Below are positions 47,197 to 55,743 of a DNA stretch of 64,000 nt, piece by piece (the stretch's first letter is position 1; every line of letters begins with the position of its first letter). The stretch spans positions 32,001 through 96,000 of the IMG/VR virus record IMGVR_UViG_3300005676_000020, one strand, 5' to 3'. The notes beneath the pieces were generated by a model. It made no database searches. It worked only from the letters and a program-made list of their open reading frames with translations, and had not been told where the DNA came from. Both the position numbers and the translations under genes were made by a program. This DNA comes from a virus.

Positions 47197-47659
47197 TCTG
47201 TAAGTTTTTGAGGTCTTCTAAGGTCAGTTCTTTAGTTTCACCTGACAGAACCAGTTTTCCTCTCCTCACATCTTCGTCGAAGGTGATTATCAGTGGAGGA
47301 GCATCTTCCGGTGAGTTCTCAGCTATTACCGCCTGTTCGGACAGATAAGCCATAATTTCCTCGGGAGAAGGGGGTTTGAGAGCTTTAAGTCCAACTCCGT
47401 CTTCTACCCCGGACCTGTTGAGAAGCTCATTCAACAGGTTATCATCGAATACGCCAAGGAACTCTTCGTTAGTGTCAATTAACGCTACCGTCGGCAGCTC
47501 CCACTTTTCCAGCTGTTCCTGGTTTCCTATCCGCATTTCCGCCTTTCCGAACCTCATACGGATATAGAAGAATTCGCCTGTATCAAGGCGCCCCTGGTAT
47601 TGTTCAGGAAGGGCCTCGCAGGTCTTTTTTGCTTCAACTATCTTCTTCATCTTTACCAC
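47144..47659 (-). CDS. Hypothetical protein (TC.A.P.Q..G...YIR.R.G)
   Basis: ORF. Confidence 0.6.
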   Translation of the reverse strand: MVKMKKIVEAKKTCEALPEQYQGRLDTGEFFYIRMRFGKAEMRIGNQEQLEKWELPTVALIDTNEEFLGVFDDNLLNELLNRSGVEDGVGLKALKPPSPEEIMAYLSEQAVIAENSPEDAPPLIITFDEDVRRGKLVLSGETKELTLEDLKNLQNVGNKESAFYGKGTEES

Positions 47660-48020
47660 TTATTGCTTTTCTGATAAGCTCTTCAGCTTGTTTCTGTTTC
47701 CGATGCTCAGCAAACTCCTTTCTAACTATTTCTTTGAGTTCTTCTTTGGTGTTTGCCGAGTTTCCTATCAGCCCGATTATCTGCTCGACGTCGCATTGGC
47801 TGATTTTACCTCTTTCATACAGATTGTAGTCTGCCTGTATTTTTCCCATTACGTATATGGCATAGTCTCTTTCAGCTCCTTGGTACAGGGCGGCCATGTC
47901 GTTTACGTATTTGTTGGCACTGACAGTCTTCTCTGTATGCATTCTCATAGCCAGTTCAGATATAAGCTCGGCAAATATCTCAACGGCCCTATCTGCGGGT
48001 ATGTCAAACGCTATGTTCAT
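47634..48020 (-). CDS. Hypothetical protein
   Basis: ORF. Confidence 0.6.
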   Translation of the reverse strand: MNIAFDIPADRAVEIFAELISELAMRMHTEKTVSANKYVNDMAALYQGAERDYAIYVMGKIQADYNLYERGKISQCDVEQIIGLIGNSANTKEELKEIVRKEFAEHRKQKQAEELIRKAISGKDEEDS

Positions 48021-48023
48021 CCG

Positions 48024-48395
48024 TCAAAGTTTTTGTATTAAGGCATAGTTGTACATGGCAAGAATCGAGAAACACATGATGGCATCTATTAAAACCCATA
48101 TAGTTTTGAACCTTCTGAGCGACTTTATTACGAAAAGCCCTTGCGTCACCGAAACAAATATTATAGACAATACTGCCCAGATATCTGAGCCAAAGAACGC
48201 AAGGAATATCCAACCTACGTAGGTTACCTGACATACTATTATGTATTCTATGAAACCATTTCGCTTGTCTCCTTCTCTCAGATATTCCACCGTCAGCTCT
48301 TTTAGCACCCCTATTTTCTTGTAGTGAATCATGCAGACAACTTCATAAACCATCATCCAAAGAGTCAGGGTGATCATTAGTACGTTGTAGAACAT
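48024..48395 (-). CDS. Hypothetical membrane protein
   Basis: 3-4 hydrophobic segments. Confidence 0.6.
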   Translation of the reverse strand: MFYNVLMITLTLWMMVYEVVCMIHYKKIGVLKELTVEYLREGDKRNGFIEYIIVCQVTYVGWIFLAFFGSDIWAVLSIIFVSVTQGLFVIKSLRRFKTIWVLIDAIMCFSILAMYNYALIQKL

Positions 48396-48396
48396 G

Positions 48397-48585
48397 TTAA
48401 AATTTTGAAAACCAGAGAAGCTTTCTTATTCGGCTTTTCCGGTGGTTAAAATATAGGTTCTTTTTAAACCTCATCTCGCTGCGGCTTGATGGACTCTCCT
48501 GAAAGACGTATTGTGACTTTGTGATCCTTTCGTAAGCCGTCTTCAGGAGAATCTCTTTCAGCCTTACCTCATCATGAGGCTTCAT
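48397..48585 (-). CDS. Hypothetical protein
   Basis: Coupled ORF. Confidence 0.5.
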   Translation of the reverse strand: MKPHDEVRLKEILLKTAYERITKSQYVFQESPSSRSEMRFKKNLYFNHRKSRIRKLLWFSKF

Positions 48586-48920
48586 ATTACTGCAGGAATT
48601 TTTGCAAGGTTAGCTATCCGCGGCCGGTTGAAGTACGAAACCCAGGCAGAAGTCCGGAATTCCTTCATTGACGGTCCGTCAGCAGCGACTTTTAGGAGCT
48701 TTCTCATTGAGAACTTCCGTGCTGTTTCATAACAAGGACGGCTGTCGCTATGCAGGCGGATTTCGGTTGATGTCAGAACAGTCTTTCCGTCTTCAGTGGT
48801 CAACAAACAGACTGTAGTGTGGGGAGGACGGTTCTTTTTTCTTGTCTTACCATCCTTCATTGTCGGGAAGATATACCGCCATTTAATCTGGTAGGTTCTC
48901 CCGTTGAATTCAAATTTCAT
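48582..48920 (-). CDS. Hypothetical protein
   Basis: Coupled ORF. Confidence 0.6.
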   Translation of the reverse strand: MKFEFNGRTYQIKWRYIFPTMKDGKTRKKNRPPHTTVCLLTTEDGKTVLTSTEIRLHSDSRPCYETARKFSMRKLLKVAADGPSMKEFRTSAWVSYFNRPRIANLAKIPAVI

Positions 48921-49407
48921 CGTCTTTTCTTTTTTTTACGATTAATGAATCAATTACTTCTTCTACGATCTCATCGTAAGGTACTTTTCCTTCCGACGCT
49001 TTGCTTACCGCCGTGCGGAGCAGGGCGAAGCATTTTTCCAAGACCATTTCGAATAAAGGGTCCTTTTCCAGCTCAGGTACTTGAGCCAGTATTTTCTTTC
49101 TTATCAGAGCAATGTAGTAGCCCTTCTTCTTTTCGATAGAAAGGTACTGATCCACGGCCCAGTCTCTACTTTCTTCAAGACTTTCCAGTACATCAAAGTA
49201 ATCTCCAGGATGGCTCATTGTCGCCCTGAATATCTCTTTGATTTTTAGCTTTATGCTTACCCGGAGCTTTTGGTTCTTGCTAACTTCCTCTCTTACAAAG
49301 ACGGAGTCCTGTCCGGGAAATGTTCCATACAAAGATTCAACTTGTTCACACACTTTTTTGTATAAAAGGAGCTTGTTTTCTTTGGTTGTAAAGTCAGCCA
49401 TTTCCAA
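48910..49407 (-). CDS. Hypothetical protein
   Basis: ORF; start probably MADFTT. Confidence 0.6.
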   Translation of the reverse strand: MEMADFTTKENKLLLYKKVCEQVESLYGTFPGQDSVFVREEVSKNQKLRVSIKLKIKEIFRATMSHPGDYFDVLESLEESRDWAVDQYLSIEKKKGYYIALIRKKILAQVPELEKDPLFEMVLEKCFALLRTAVSKASEGKVPYDEIVEEVIDSLIVKKRKDDEI

Positions 49408-49521
49408 TTTTTTAAAGGGCCCCTTTCGAGGCCCCTAAGGTTATACTACAAGGCGATCTCACGACGGCGTTTCCGTTTTTCGGCAAGGGTTCTACCCCTC
49501 ACTTGGAAACCGCTTATTGCT

Positions 49522-49713
49522 TCAACCAGTATCGTTGTCGATGCTCGAAACAGCATCGTAATATGTTTCTTCCGGCGTAACTCCTTCATTGACAGACTTT
49601 CTGATAACTTCATTCTTGTCGTTGAGTACGAGCCACCGGTATTTTCCCTGGTTCTTTTTTACGATGATATAGTGATCACGGTAAAAGTACTTTTGATTGA
49701 GTTTTATTTCCAT
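49522..49713 (-). CDS. Hypothetical protein (DUF1508/YegP-like pattern)
   Basis: K...GKYRW.V...N..I..S..G. Confidence 0.5.
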   Translation of the reverse strand: MEIKLNQKYFYRDHYIIVKKNQGKYRWLVLNDKNEVIRKSVNEGVTPEETYYDAVSSIDNDTG

Positions 49714-49948
49714 GTCTTTTACGTTTGCTGAGTATCCTGACAGCGACCACAGATTGATTGGAAGGGACTAAAAGATTTCTGGTTCGTACGATACCCTCTA
49801 TGCCCTCGTCAATTTTCTCGAGGTACAGCTCACGGTGTTTTTCGTCAAACTTACCAATCTCTATGTCCTGTACCTTCTCAAGGTAATGTGTGATTTGCTT
49901 AGTCCATTTCTGTACGGTACTCAGATTTTCTTTTACAACTTGTTCCAT
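49676..49948 (-). CDS. Hypothetical protein
   Basis: ORF. Confidence 0.55.
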   Translation of the reverse strand: MEQVVKENLSTVQKWTKQITHYLEKVQDIEIGKFDEKHRELYLEKIDEGIEGIVRTRNLLVPSNQSVVAVRILSKRKRHGNKTQSKVLLP

Positions 49949-49949
49949 C

Positions 49950-50243
49950 TTATTGATTTGCAGGCATTTGCATCGGTATTTCCGGTGCGGCCATTTTTTC
50001 AGATGTATAGAAAGGATGTTGTCCGGTTAGCATTTCCCCGGTAGCGTCAAGGACGATTTCGGCTTGGCCGTTAGTGTCCAGGAATACGTCAGCTCCATAG
50101 TATAGCACACCAGGGAATTCCTCGCTTTCTTTTACGTCAAAGAAAGGGTCTTCCTTTGGCCCGAAATATCTCAGGAACTGCATCTGTGAAGAGCCTTTAG
50201 CCCCTACGAGCAAGGCCCTTCGGCATTCTAAATGTTTTTTCAT
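49950..50243 (-). CDS. Hypothetical protein
   Basis: ORF. Confidence 0.55.
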   Translation of the reverse strand: MKKHLECRRALLVGAKGSSQMQFLRYFGPKEDPFFDVKESEEFPGVLYYGADVFLDTNGQAEIVLDATGEMLTGQHPFYTSEKMAAPEIPMQMPANQ

Positions 50244-50481
50244 TTCTTCGGTATTGATTTACTCTCCGTTCTATGTTCCACATGCTTGACCAGAGTATCA
50301 GGTTCACAGTAGTATGACCGAAAGGCTTTCCTGTAATGATTTCCAGTATTAGCAGTCCAAGCTGTGTTATTGCAACAGCTGCCGGTGCCCACCAGAGATA
50401 CTTCTTGAGGGTTACCAAGGATATCACCGCTGTCAGTATGAACAGGGTGGACATCAGGCTGATTATAGTTGTTATATGCAT
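50197..50481 (-). CDS. Hypothetical membrane protein
   Basis: TM segments. Confidence 0.55.
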   Translation of the reverse strand: MHITTIISLMSTLFILTAVISLVTLKKYLWWAPAAVAITQLGLLILEIITGKPFGHTTVNLILWSSMWNIERRVNQYRRNEKTFRMPKGLARRG

Positions 50482-50795
50482 TATAGTCTTTCGATTATTA
50501 TGTTATTTCTGGCAAATTTTTTGAATTTGCAGAACCAATAGTATGACGGTATATCAAAGAACCATAGCCAATTCACAAGGTCTCTCTTTTTGGAACGGTG
50601 GATAAAGGAGAATCTCTCGAAGGGTTCTACGTTCCATATCACGGACGCTCCTTCAGGAGATGCGTGGAAGGTATCGAAGCCCATCTCCCGTTCCCCTCTC
50701 TTTAGTCCTGCAAACACTTTAGAGTAGTGGCGAGACCTGTAGATACTAACAAGGTTTATCGCAATCATGACGATTGCCGGTATTATGTCTTGCAT
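50481..50795 (-). CDS. Hypothetical protein with N-terminal TM
   Basis: ORF. Confidence 0.55.
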   Translation of the reverse strand: MQDIIPAIVMIAINLVSIYRSRHYSKVFAGLKRGEREMGFDTFHASPEGASVIWNVEPFERFSFIHRSKKRDLVNWLWFFDIPSYYWFCKFKKFARNNIIIERL

Positions 50796-51048
50796 AGTGT
50801 TCAGCGTTTTTTTCGTTTATGTATTTTTCGGCCATACGTTCCCTTTCGTCAATGTCTGAATCAAGTTCAGAAAAGCAACCTTCTTCGTACCAGTGGTTGA
50901 ACTCACCGTCTTGCGTTTCCTGGAGCATCCAGTAGGTAAATCCTTCATGTTTAGCGGTTCTTATTCCTGTATAGATTGAACCTACCTCCAGCTTTGGAGA
51001 TCTGGGGTCAGTGCTTGTAGGCAGCCTGACGCATAATAGTTTCTTCAT
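50746..51048 (-). CDS. Hypothetical protein (start MKKLLCV), paralog of 34007..34366
   Basis: KLLCV...LEVGSIYT...YE..CF..L..D.DE. Confidence 0.6.
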   Translation of the reverse strand: MKKLLCVRLPTSTDPRSPKLEVGSIYTGIRTAKHEGFTYWMLQETQDGEFNHWYEEGCFSELDSDIDERERMAEKYINEKNAEHYARHNTGNRHDCDKPC

Positions 51049-51355
51049 TACCTGTCCATTTTGAAATTTCTTTAAATCCAGCCTTTTCGACGCGGTACAC
51101 CACTGAGTTTTTAGTGTCCACGATGACATCCCAAACAGATGTACTTCTATAACGACCTCTGTCGTCAGCAGGCTGTACAAACACACTCTGAAACCACGGT
51201 TGGTCTATGGAATTGGTGAGTTGGTAAGCTTCGTCCAAGGTTTGAGCAGCTGAGGCTATGCCAACATAGACATAGTCTTCCGGCCAAACCGGTTCTGTGC
51301 CGTAGCCAAAACCTCCCTTACCAGAAGTGGGGTCATGATGATATACTCTAAACAT
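51008..51355 (-). CDS. YodL-like domain protein
   Basis: L..AY..TN, RSTSVWDVI, Y.V...GF..I. Confidence 0.6.
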   Translation of the reverse strand: MFRVYHHDPTSGKGGFGYGTEPVWPEDYVYVGIASAAQTLDEAYQLTNSIDQPWFQSVFVQPADDRGRYRSTSVWDVIVDTKNSVVYRVEKAGFKEISKWTGNEETIMRQAAYKH

Positions 51356-51356
51356 A

Positions 51357-51737
51357 TTATCTGCTTATTAGAAGTTGAAGTTTGTCCATGTCTAAGAAAC
51401 AGCTCTTGGCCCCATACAGGTTTCTGTACTCATCAGCCAAAGCGGTCATGTCCGTATTCTTCATAAAGGTTTCCACTTCCTCTTTACTCTCAAAAGTCTT
51501 TATTATCAATGTATTGGCCCCTGTCAAATCTTCATTGTAGATTAGGGTACCTTCCATAAAGTGTTGTATTAACTCAGAGAGTGTAAGCTGAAGGAAATTT
51601 TTAAGAGGAAACGGCCTTGCATGTGCTCCAGGTTTGCCTGTTGGAGCTCTGAGGATTAACGCCTTATTTTTTATGGCGAACTCTACGTCCTCGAAATCTC
51701 TCATTTTTTTCATGTCTCGGTCGGTATTTATAGTCAA
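51357..51737 (-). CDS. Hypothetical protein
   Basis: ORF; start probably MKKMRD. Confidence 0.55.
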   Translation of the reverse strand: MTINTDRDMKKMRDFEDVEFAIKNKALILRAPTGKPGAHARPFPLKNFLQLTLSELIQHFMEGTLIYNEDLTGANTLIIKTFESKEEVETFMKNTDMTALADEYRNLYGAKSCFLDMDKLQLLISR

Positions 51738-51785
51738 CGGCCGCCCACATTGCAGTTAAGAGCCCAAGACTTATCATTAGTTCCA

Positions 51786-52061
51786 TTAGTCTTCTATTTT
51801 TATCCACTTACCGGGTTTTATTCCCCAGGTAATTCTGGCGCCTTGCTGAGCCTTTAAGGCATCTTTTGTGGGTTTTCCGTTAATTGTTTTGTGTTTGTTT
51901 TGAACCATGAACCGGATGTCGTCATAGTCAATATAGCGACAGCCGTTCTGTGCTACCCTTACAGGGTATTCTGTGCCGTCTATCACGGCAGCTCTCCATT
52001 TTGGATTGTGAAGCACTTCATGTATGAAGTGATAGTTCGCTTCAACGTTAACTGTTGTCAT
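51786..52061 (-). CDS. Hypothetical protein
   Basis: ORF. Confidence 0.6.
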   Translation of the reverse strand: MTTVNVEANYHFIHEVLHNPKWRAAVIDGTEYPVRVAQNGCRYIDYDDIRFMVQNKHKTINGKPTKDALKAQQGARITWGIKPGKWIKIED

Positions 52062-52773
52062 TTCTCAGAGTTTTAACGATTATTACGCCATCTTCAATAG
52101 TTACATACTCATTATACGGTTCGAACAGGGCGTCTGTGAACCAGTAATGTTTGTTGGCTTTCGTTTTCACTCCGTCAAGTTTGGTGTGACCGACAATCTG
52201 CACTATACCTTCTTTTTGAAAAGGTCTGGCAGCCATCATCAGAGAACGAGGTCTTATCCAAATGCAACTCTCATTCTGAGAATCCCCGTACGGGTTCATA
52301 CCACAATGCATAAAAGCCATTGGCTTATAAAACATCATATCATTGAGAAGGTCAACCATATTTTCTGTCGTCCAACCCTCCTTTCCGAAAACATCGTTCA
52401 GAAACTTAGGAGATATGCCGGCATGAGAGAATATGATGTTTCCCATACGATAAGCTGCTTTGAGTTCAGTTTTGTACAGCCTTAGCTCTGGTTGTATCAG
52501 ATAGTATCCTACTGGTTGGAAACCGGCTATCCCAGAATCACCTACCATGTAGTGGTGATCGTGATTTCCTATAATCATTTCCGTCTCTATCCCAGACTCT
52601 TTCTTAAACTGTATTATGTCCAGGAAATTTCTTACTTGGTCTTCAGTCTCTATGTCAAAGGAGTCGAAATAGTCTCCAAGGAAAATAACTCTGTTAGGAG
52701 ACTCTTTGTTAACAACCTCTTTCCATAGCTGACGACCATGCACATCAGGTATCACCACCGTCTTATCAGTCAT
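52048..52773 (-). CDS. Calcineurin-like metallophosphoesterase
   Basis: DVHG, GDYFD, GNHD, HAG, GHT. Confidence 0.92.
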   Translation of the reverse strand: MTDKTVVIPDVHGRQLWKEVVNKESPNRVIFLGDYFDSFDIETEDQVRNFLDIIQFKKESGIETEMIIGNHDHHYMVGDSGIAGFQPVGYYLIQPELRLYKTELKAAYRMGNIIFSHAGISPKFLNDVFGKEGWTTENMVDLLNDMMFYKPMAFMHCGMNPYGDSQNESCIWIRPRSLMMAARPFQKEGIVQIVGHTKLDGVKTKANKHYWFTDALFEPYNEYVTIEDGVIIVKTLRNDNS

Positions 52774-53107
52774 CCACTTCCTCCTTTATCATTTTAATTC
52801 CGAACCTTTTAAGACTATCTTTCAACTTTAGCCATTGTTTCCTGTATGTTTCTAGGCGGGAGACGAAGAATCCGATTTTGACCGGATTTTCGATGACGTT
52901 TATAAAACTACCATCCACCGTTCCGGGACTTTCGAAATATACTTTCGTCACCGTCTTTTGAGCAAAGGTCTTTTTTCTGAAAAACCCTTTCGTCTCAAGT
53001 TTCTCCTCAACTTCCCATTTGGTGAGCATTATGGGCTCATCATTTTTCATGAGCATACGACCCTTGAACTCTTCAAGAGTCTTTAAAACTTTGTCTGTAG
53101 CTTCCAT
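52766..53107 (-). CDS. Hypothetical protein
   Basis: ORF. Confidence 0.6.
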   Translation of the reverse strand: MEATDKVLKTLEEFKGRMLMKNDEPIMLTKWEVEEKLETKGFFRKKTFAQKTVTKVYFESPGTVDGSFINVIENPVKIGFFVSRLETYRKQWLKLKDSLKRFGIKMIKEEVDD

Positions 53108-53122
53108 GCTTTAAAAGTTTAA

Positions 53123-53147
53123 AGAAGGGGAGTTTTAGCTCCCCTCC
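53123..53147 (-). terminator. Hairpin/terminator
   Basis: GGGGAG/CTCCCC stem. Confidence 0.55.
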
Positions 53148-53163
53148 TGTTTTTCGCCAACAA

Positions 53164-53262
53164 CTATTGAACCGTCTTGAAAAGGTACGGAGGTGTCCCC
53201 TTAGGGTTTCCAGAACAACTTGCCATTAAGGCAGGTATGATAAATAGTAATAACTTTTTCAT
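53164..53262 (-). CDS. Tiny lipoprotein-like peptide, 32 aa (MKKLLLFIIPALMASCSGNPK...)
   Basis: Signal peptide II pattern with lipobox-like MASC. Confidence 0.5.
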   Translation of the reverse strand: MKKLLLFIIPALMASCSGNPKGTPPYLFKTVQ

Positions 53263-53285
53263 ATAAGATTTTTAAGGGTGTAGAT

Positions 53286-53849
53286 TTAGTTTCTGAGTTC
53301 TTCAAGAAAAGAAAGAAAATCTTCCATTTTATAATCATGTTTTGCATAATTTATAAATTGACAGCATAAAACACAATTGTCCACAGTATACCCCTTTGAA
53401 GAATCTTTTCTGTCAAGAGACATTTGTTTTGGTAAACTAAGAGAATAAGTAAAATTCATTGATATTCCTGTATAATAACATAAACCCTTTTGTCTATCCC
53501 ACATTTCTTGTAAATCTTGGTAATTTATCGAGAATTCAAGGTTTCTTCTCTTTGCTCCAAGTTTTAATGCGGAAATCATTAATCTAAAGGGATTGTGTTC
53601 TTTGTAATATTCTTTTCTATCCTTATCTCTTTGATAAATATATTCTTTCTTTCTTTGATAATCTTCTTTACATTTTTCTTTATACTCGTTAGTTTTTTGA
53701 AATTCCTTATATTTGGCTCTTTTTCTTGCAAAAGCATCTGGCTTCAACCACAATTCTTTTCTTTTAGGATTTCCTTCTTTGTGAGAATATGCCCAAAAAA
53801 CTCTGTCCTTTACGGGATGTTTATCCCCTTGTTTGTATCTTTTTTCCAT
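53286..53849 (-). CDS. HNH/His-Me homing endonuclease-like protein
   Basis: GLCYYTG...SLDR.DS.KGY..DN.VLC...N..K; AT-rich; own promoter. Confidence 0.85.
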   Translation of the reverse strand: MEKRYKQGDKHPVKDRVFWAYSHKEGNPKRKELWLKPDAFARKRAKYKEFQKTNEYKEKCKEDYQRKKEYIYQRDKDRKEYYKEHNPFRLMISALKLGAKRRNLEFSINYQDLQEMWDRQKGLCYYTGISMNFTYSLSLPKQMSLDRKDSSKGYTVDNCVLCCQFINYAKHDYKMEDFLSFLEELRN

Positions 53850-53853
53850 AATA

Positions 53854-53885
53854 CAAAGATACAAAATAAGCTACAGAATTCCAAA
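53854..53885 (-). promoter_or_regulatory. Canonical Bacteroidota promoter TTTG-N20-TATCTTTG
   Basis: Full consensus, ATG after a 4-nt spacer. Confidence 0.8.
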
Positions 53886-53892
53886 TAAAATT

Positions 53893-54270
53893 CTATACTA
53901 ATTTTTCTAGAACATACTTAAGTGCAGCTTCTGTGGCTTCTTCTGGGGAATCATAATTATTAGAAGTAATCTGCACATACTCCCCATCTGTCATTTGGAT
54001 GCTATAAGAATATTTAGTATTTGTTGATATTAAAACCCCTATATAATATCCAAAATTCTCTCTTATCCATTTAATAGCAAGAGAGTGGGTAGGTCTTATT
54101 GAGTGAGGGTTATCTTTTTCTTGGTCAAGTGTGTTATAACAACCAACATATTCCCTCAATTCTTTAGTATTATCTAAATAATAACTTTCAGAATATATAT
54201 CAAAACCTTTCTCTTTCAGTAACTTACTCACCTCAAATGAGCAATAATCCTCAGTTATATTGTTATTCAT
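53893..54270 (-). CDS. Bacteroidota-phage hypothetical protein (EDYCSFE.SKLLKEKGF...PT...A.KW.RE)
   Basis: Recognisable motif pattern. Confidence 0.75.
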   Translation of the reverse strand: MNNNITEDYCSFEVSKLLKEKGFDIYSESYYLDNTKELREYVGCYNTLDQEKDNPHSIRPTHSLAIKWIRENFGYYIGVLISTNTKYSYSIQMTDGEYVQITSNNYDSPEEATEAALKYVLEKLV

Positions 54271-54299
54271 GACGAAAGTGTTTAGTGGTTGATTTTATG

Positions 54300-54371
54300 T
54301 TCTGCAGGTAGGAGTCGAACCTACAACCTCCCAGATAAAAGCTAGGGCTCTACCAATTGAGCTACTGCAGA
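54300..54371 (-). tRNA. tRNA-Lys(UUU), no encoded CCA
   Basis: TCTGCAG/CTGCAGA acceptor, GCTC/GAGC D-stem, CCTAG-CTTTTAT-CTGGG anticodon arm, GTAGG-TTCGACT-CCTAC T-arm. Confidence 0.88.
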
Positions 54372-54380
54372 AACCATTAC

Positions 54381-54887
54381 CTACCCAAGGCTCTTTATGT
54401 CAGTTATAAAGAAGTAGCCGTCCTCTCTTTTAGGCTCAGCTTCTGCTTCGTAAGTGACATGATCCAGTTGGGGTACCAGCTTGCTGATACAGGTGAATGG
54501 AAGTTGGTCGAACTTACCCTTCGGCTTCTTTTCCGAATAGATTATTCCGCGGTCTCCGCCGGACATCCAGACACTGTTTTGGTAAGGGTTAAAGAAAATG
54601 CTCCCTTCGCCGTCTAAAGACCAGTAACGCTTTGCGTACTTCTTAAGGTCTTTGACAACCGGGTCAAAGTCTTGTAAGTCAAGGCCTACATGCAAGGTGG
54701 CTCCGCCGCCATGACACAGTATTGTGACTACAGTCGTGTCCTCACCTACAAAGACCCTGGCTTCTTCGTTTTCGAAATGGTACTTCTTAGACCGAACCCA
54801 ACGTTGGTCTTTTACATTTTCGGTTAGCAGGATTACACAATCCTGCGTGGTACAGGCTTCGATTTTGTCTAGTTGGATTATATTCAT
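54381..54887 (-). CDS. Hypothetical protein
   Basis: ORF. Confidence 0.6.
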   Translation of the reverse strand: MNIIQLDKIEACTTQDCVILLTENVKDQRWVRSKKYHFENEEARVFVGEDTTVVTILCHGGGATLHVGLDLQDFDPVVKDLKKYAKRYWSLDGEGSIFFNPYQNSVWMSGGDRGIIYSEKKPKGKFDQLPFTCISKLVPQLDHVTYEAEAEPKREDGYFFITDIKSLG

Positions 54888-55011
54888 TGGTTTAGTTTTT
54901 ACAAAAAACCTTTGTATACTGCCCTTCTGGGCTTTTTTGGTTCACACCCGGTCTTCTTTGAAGGTGTACAGCTGGCTAGCATAGCAGCCAGAACAAGTAC
55001 GAGAATGTATT

Positions 55012-55743
55012 TCATAAAGCTGCTGTTACAAACATGTTCATTGCCGCCTGATGACCGTTACCGAACGTGGTCATGTACCTTTTACTGCCATCGGCGAAAG
55101 TTACGTAGAAGTCACATTTGTCCAGGTCTACTGTCAATGTCTCTATTCCTTCAGGAAACTCATAGCTGGATAAAGCCTTTAAGGTTCCTTCCGTCATCTT
55201 TATCGGACTTCTAGCTATCAGCTTCTCCATCTGAGTGACGTCATAAAGCTTGTAGTTCTGAGTCATCTTCTCCACGTTGCCTTCTGCCATCTTCCTCATC
55301 TTCAGGTACATGGACATGGCGGAAAAGGTTCTCATCTGGGATGACATGAATACCGGCATACCTATCGGCTCCTTATCTTCAAAGTCAAAGTACTCTACCT
55401 TTTCTATATGACCCTTGTTTATAGTAACTTCTATCTCTGCACCACTGGCAAAGACGGACTTTAAGATGCCGTTGAACTCCTCATGTCTGTCAAAGGTTAA
55501 AGGGAATATAGCCTCAGCAAACTGAGTTACTGTCTGTGGCTTTGGAAAAGGAGAAGTTATGAATGCAGCCAAAGAAGCCATAAACCATTGAATTACAAGG
55601 ATCAAAGTCTTTCCTGTACCGTTCTGTCCAACATATATGGTCAAATCTTTTTTGGTGTCAATTTCGAGGTCCATGTTCACAGGACCGTCAAGCTTCAGGA
55701 TGAGGGTATTTAAGTTACCCAGTTTCTTAGTAGTAGTTTCCAT
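55012..55743 (-). CDS. Truncated ABC/AAA_15-21-type ATPase ending just after the signature-like motif
   Basis: LTIYVGQNGTGKT Walker A; C-terminal FGNGHQ; no Walker B. Confidence 0.7.
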   Translation of the reverse strand: METTTKKLGNLNTLILKLDGPVNMDLEIDTKKDLTIYVGQNGTGKTLILVIQWFMASLAAFITSPFPKPQTVTQFAEAIFPLTFDRHEEFNGILKSVFASGAEIEVTINKGHIEKVEYFDFEDKEPIGMPVFMSSQMRTFSAMSMYLKMRKMAEGNVEKMTQNYKLYDVTQMEKLIARSPIKMTEGTLKALSSYEFPEGIETLTVDLDKCDFYVTFADGSKRYMTTFGNGHQAAMNMFVTAAL

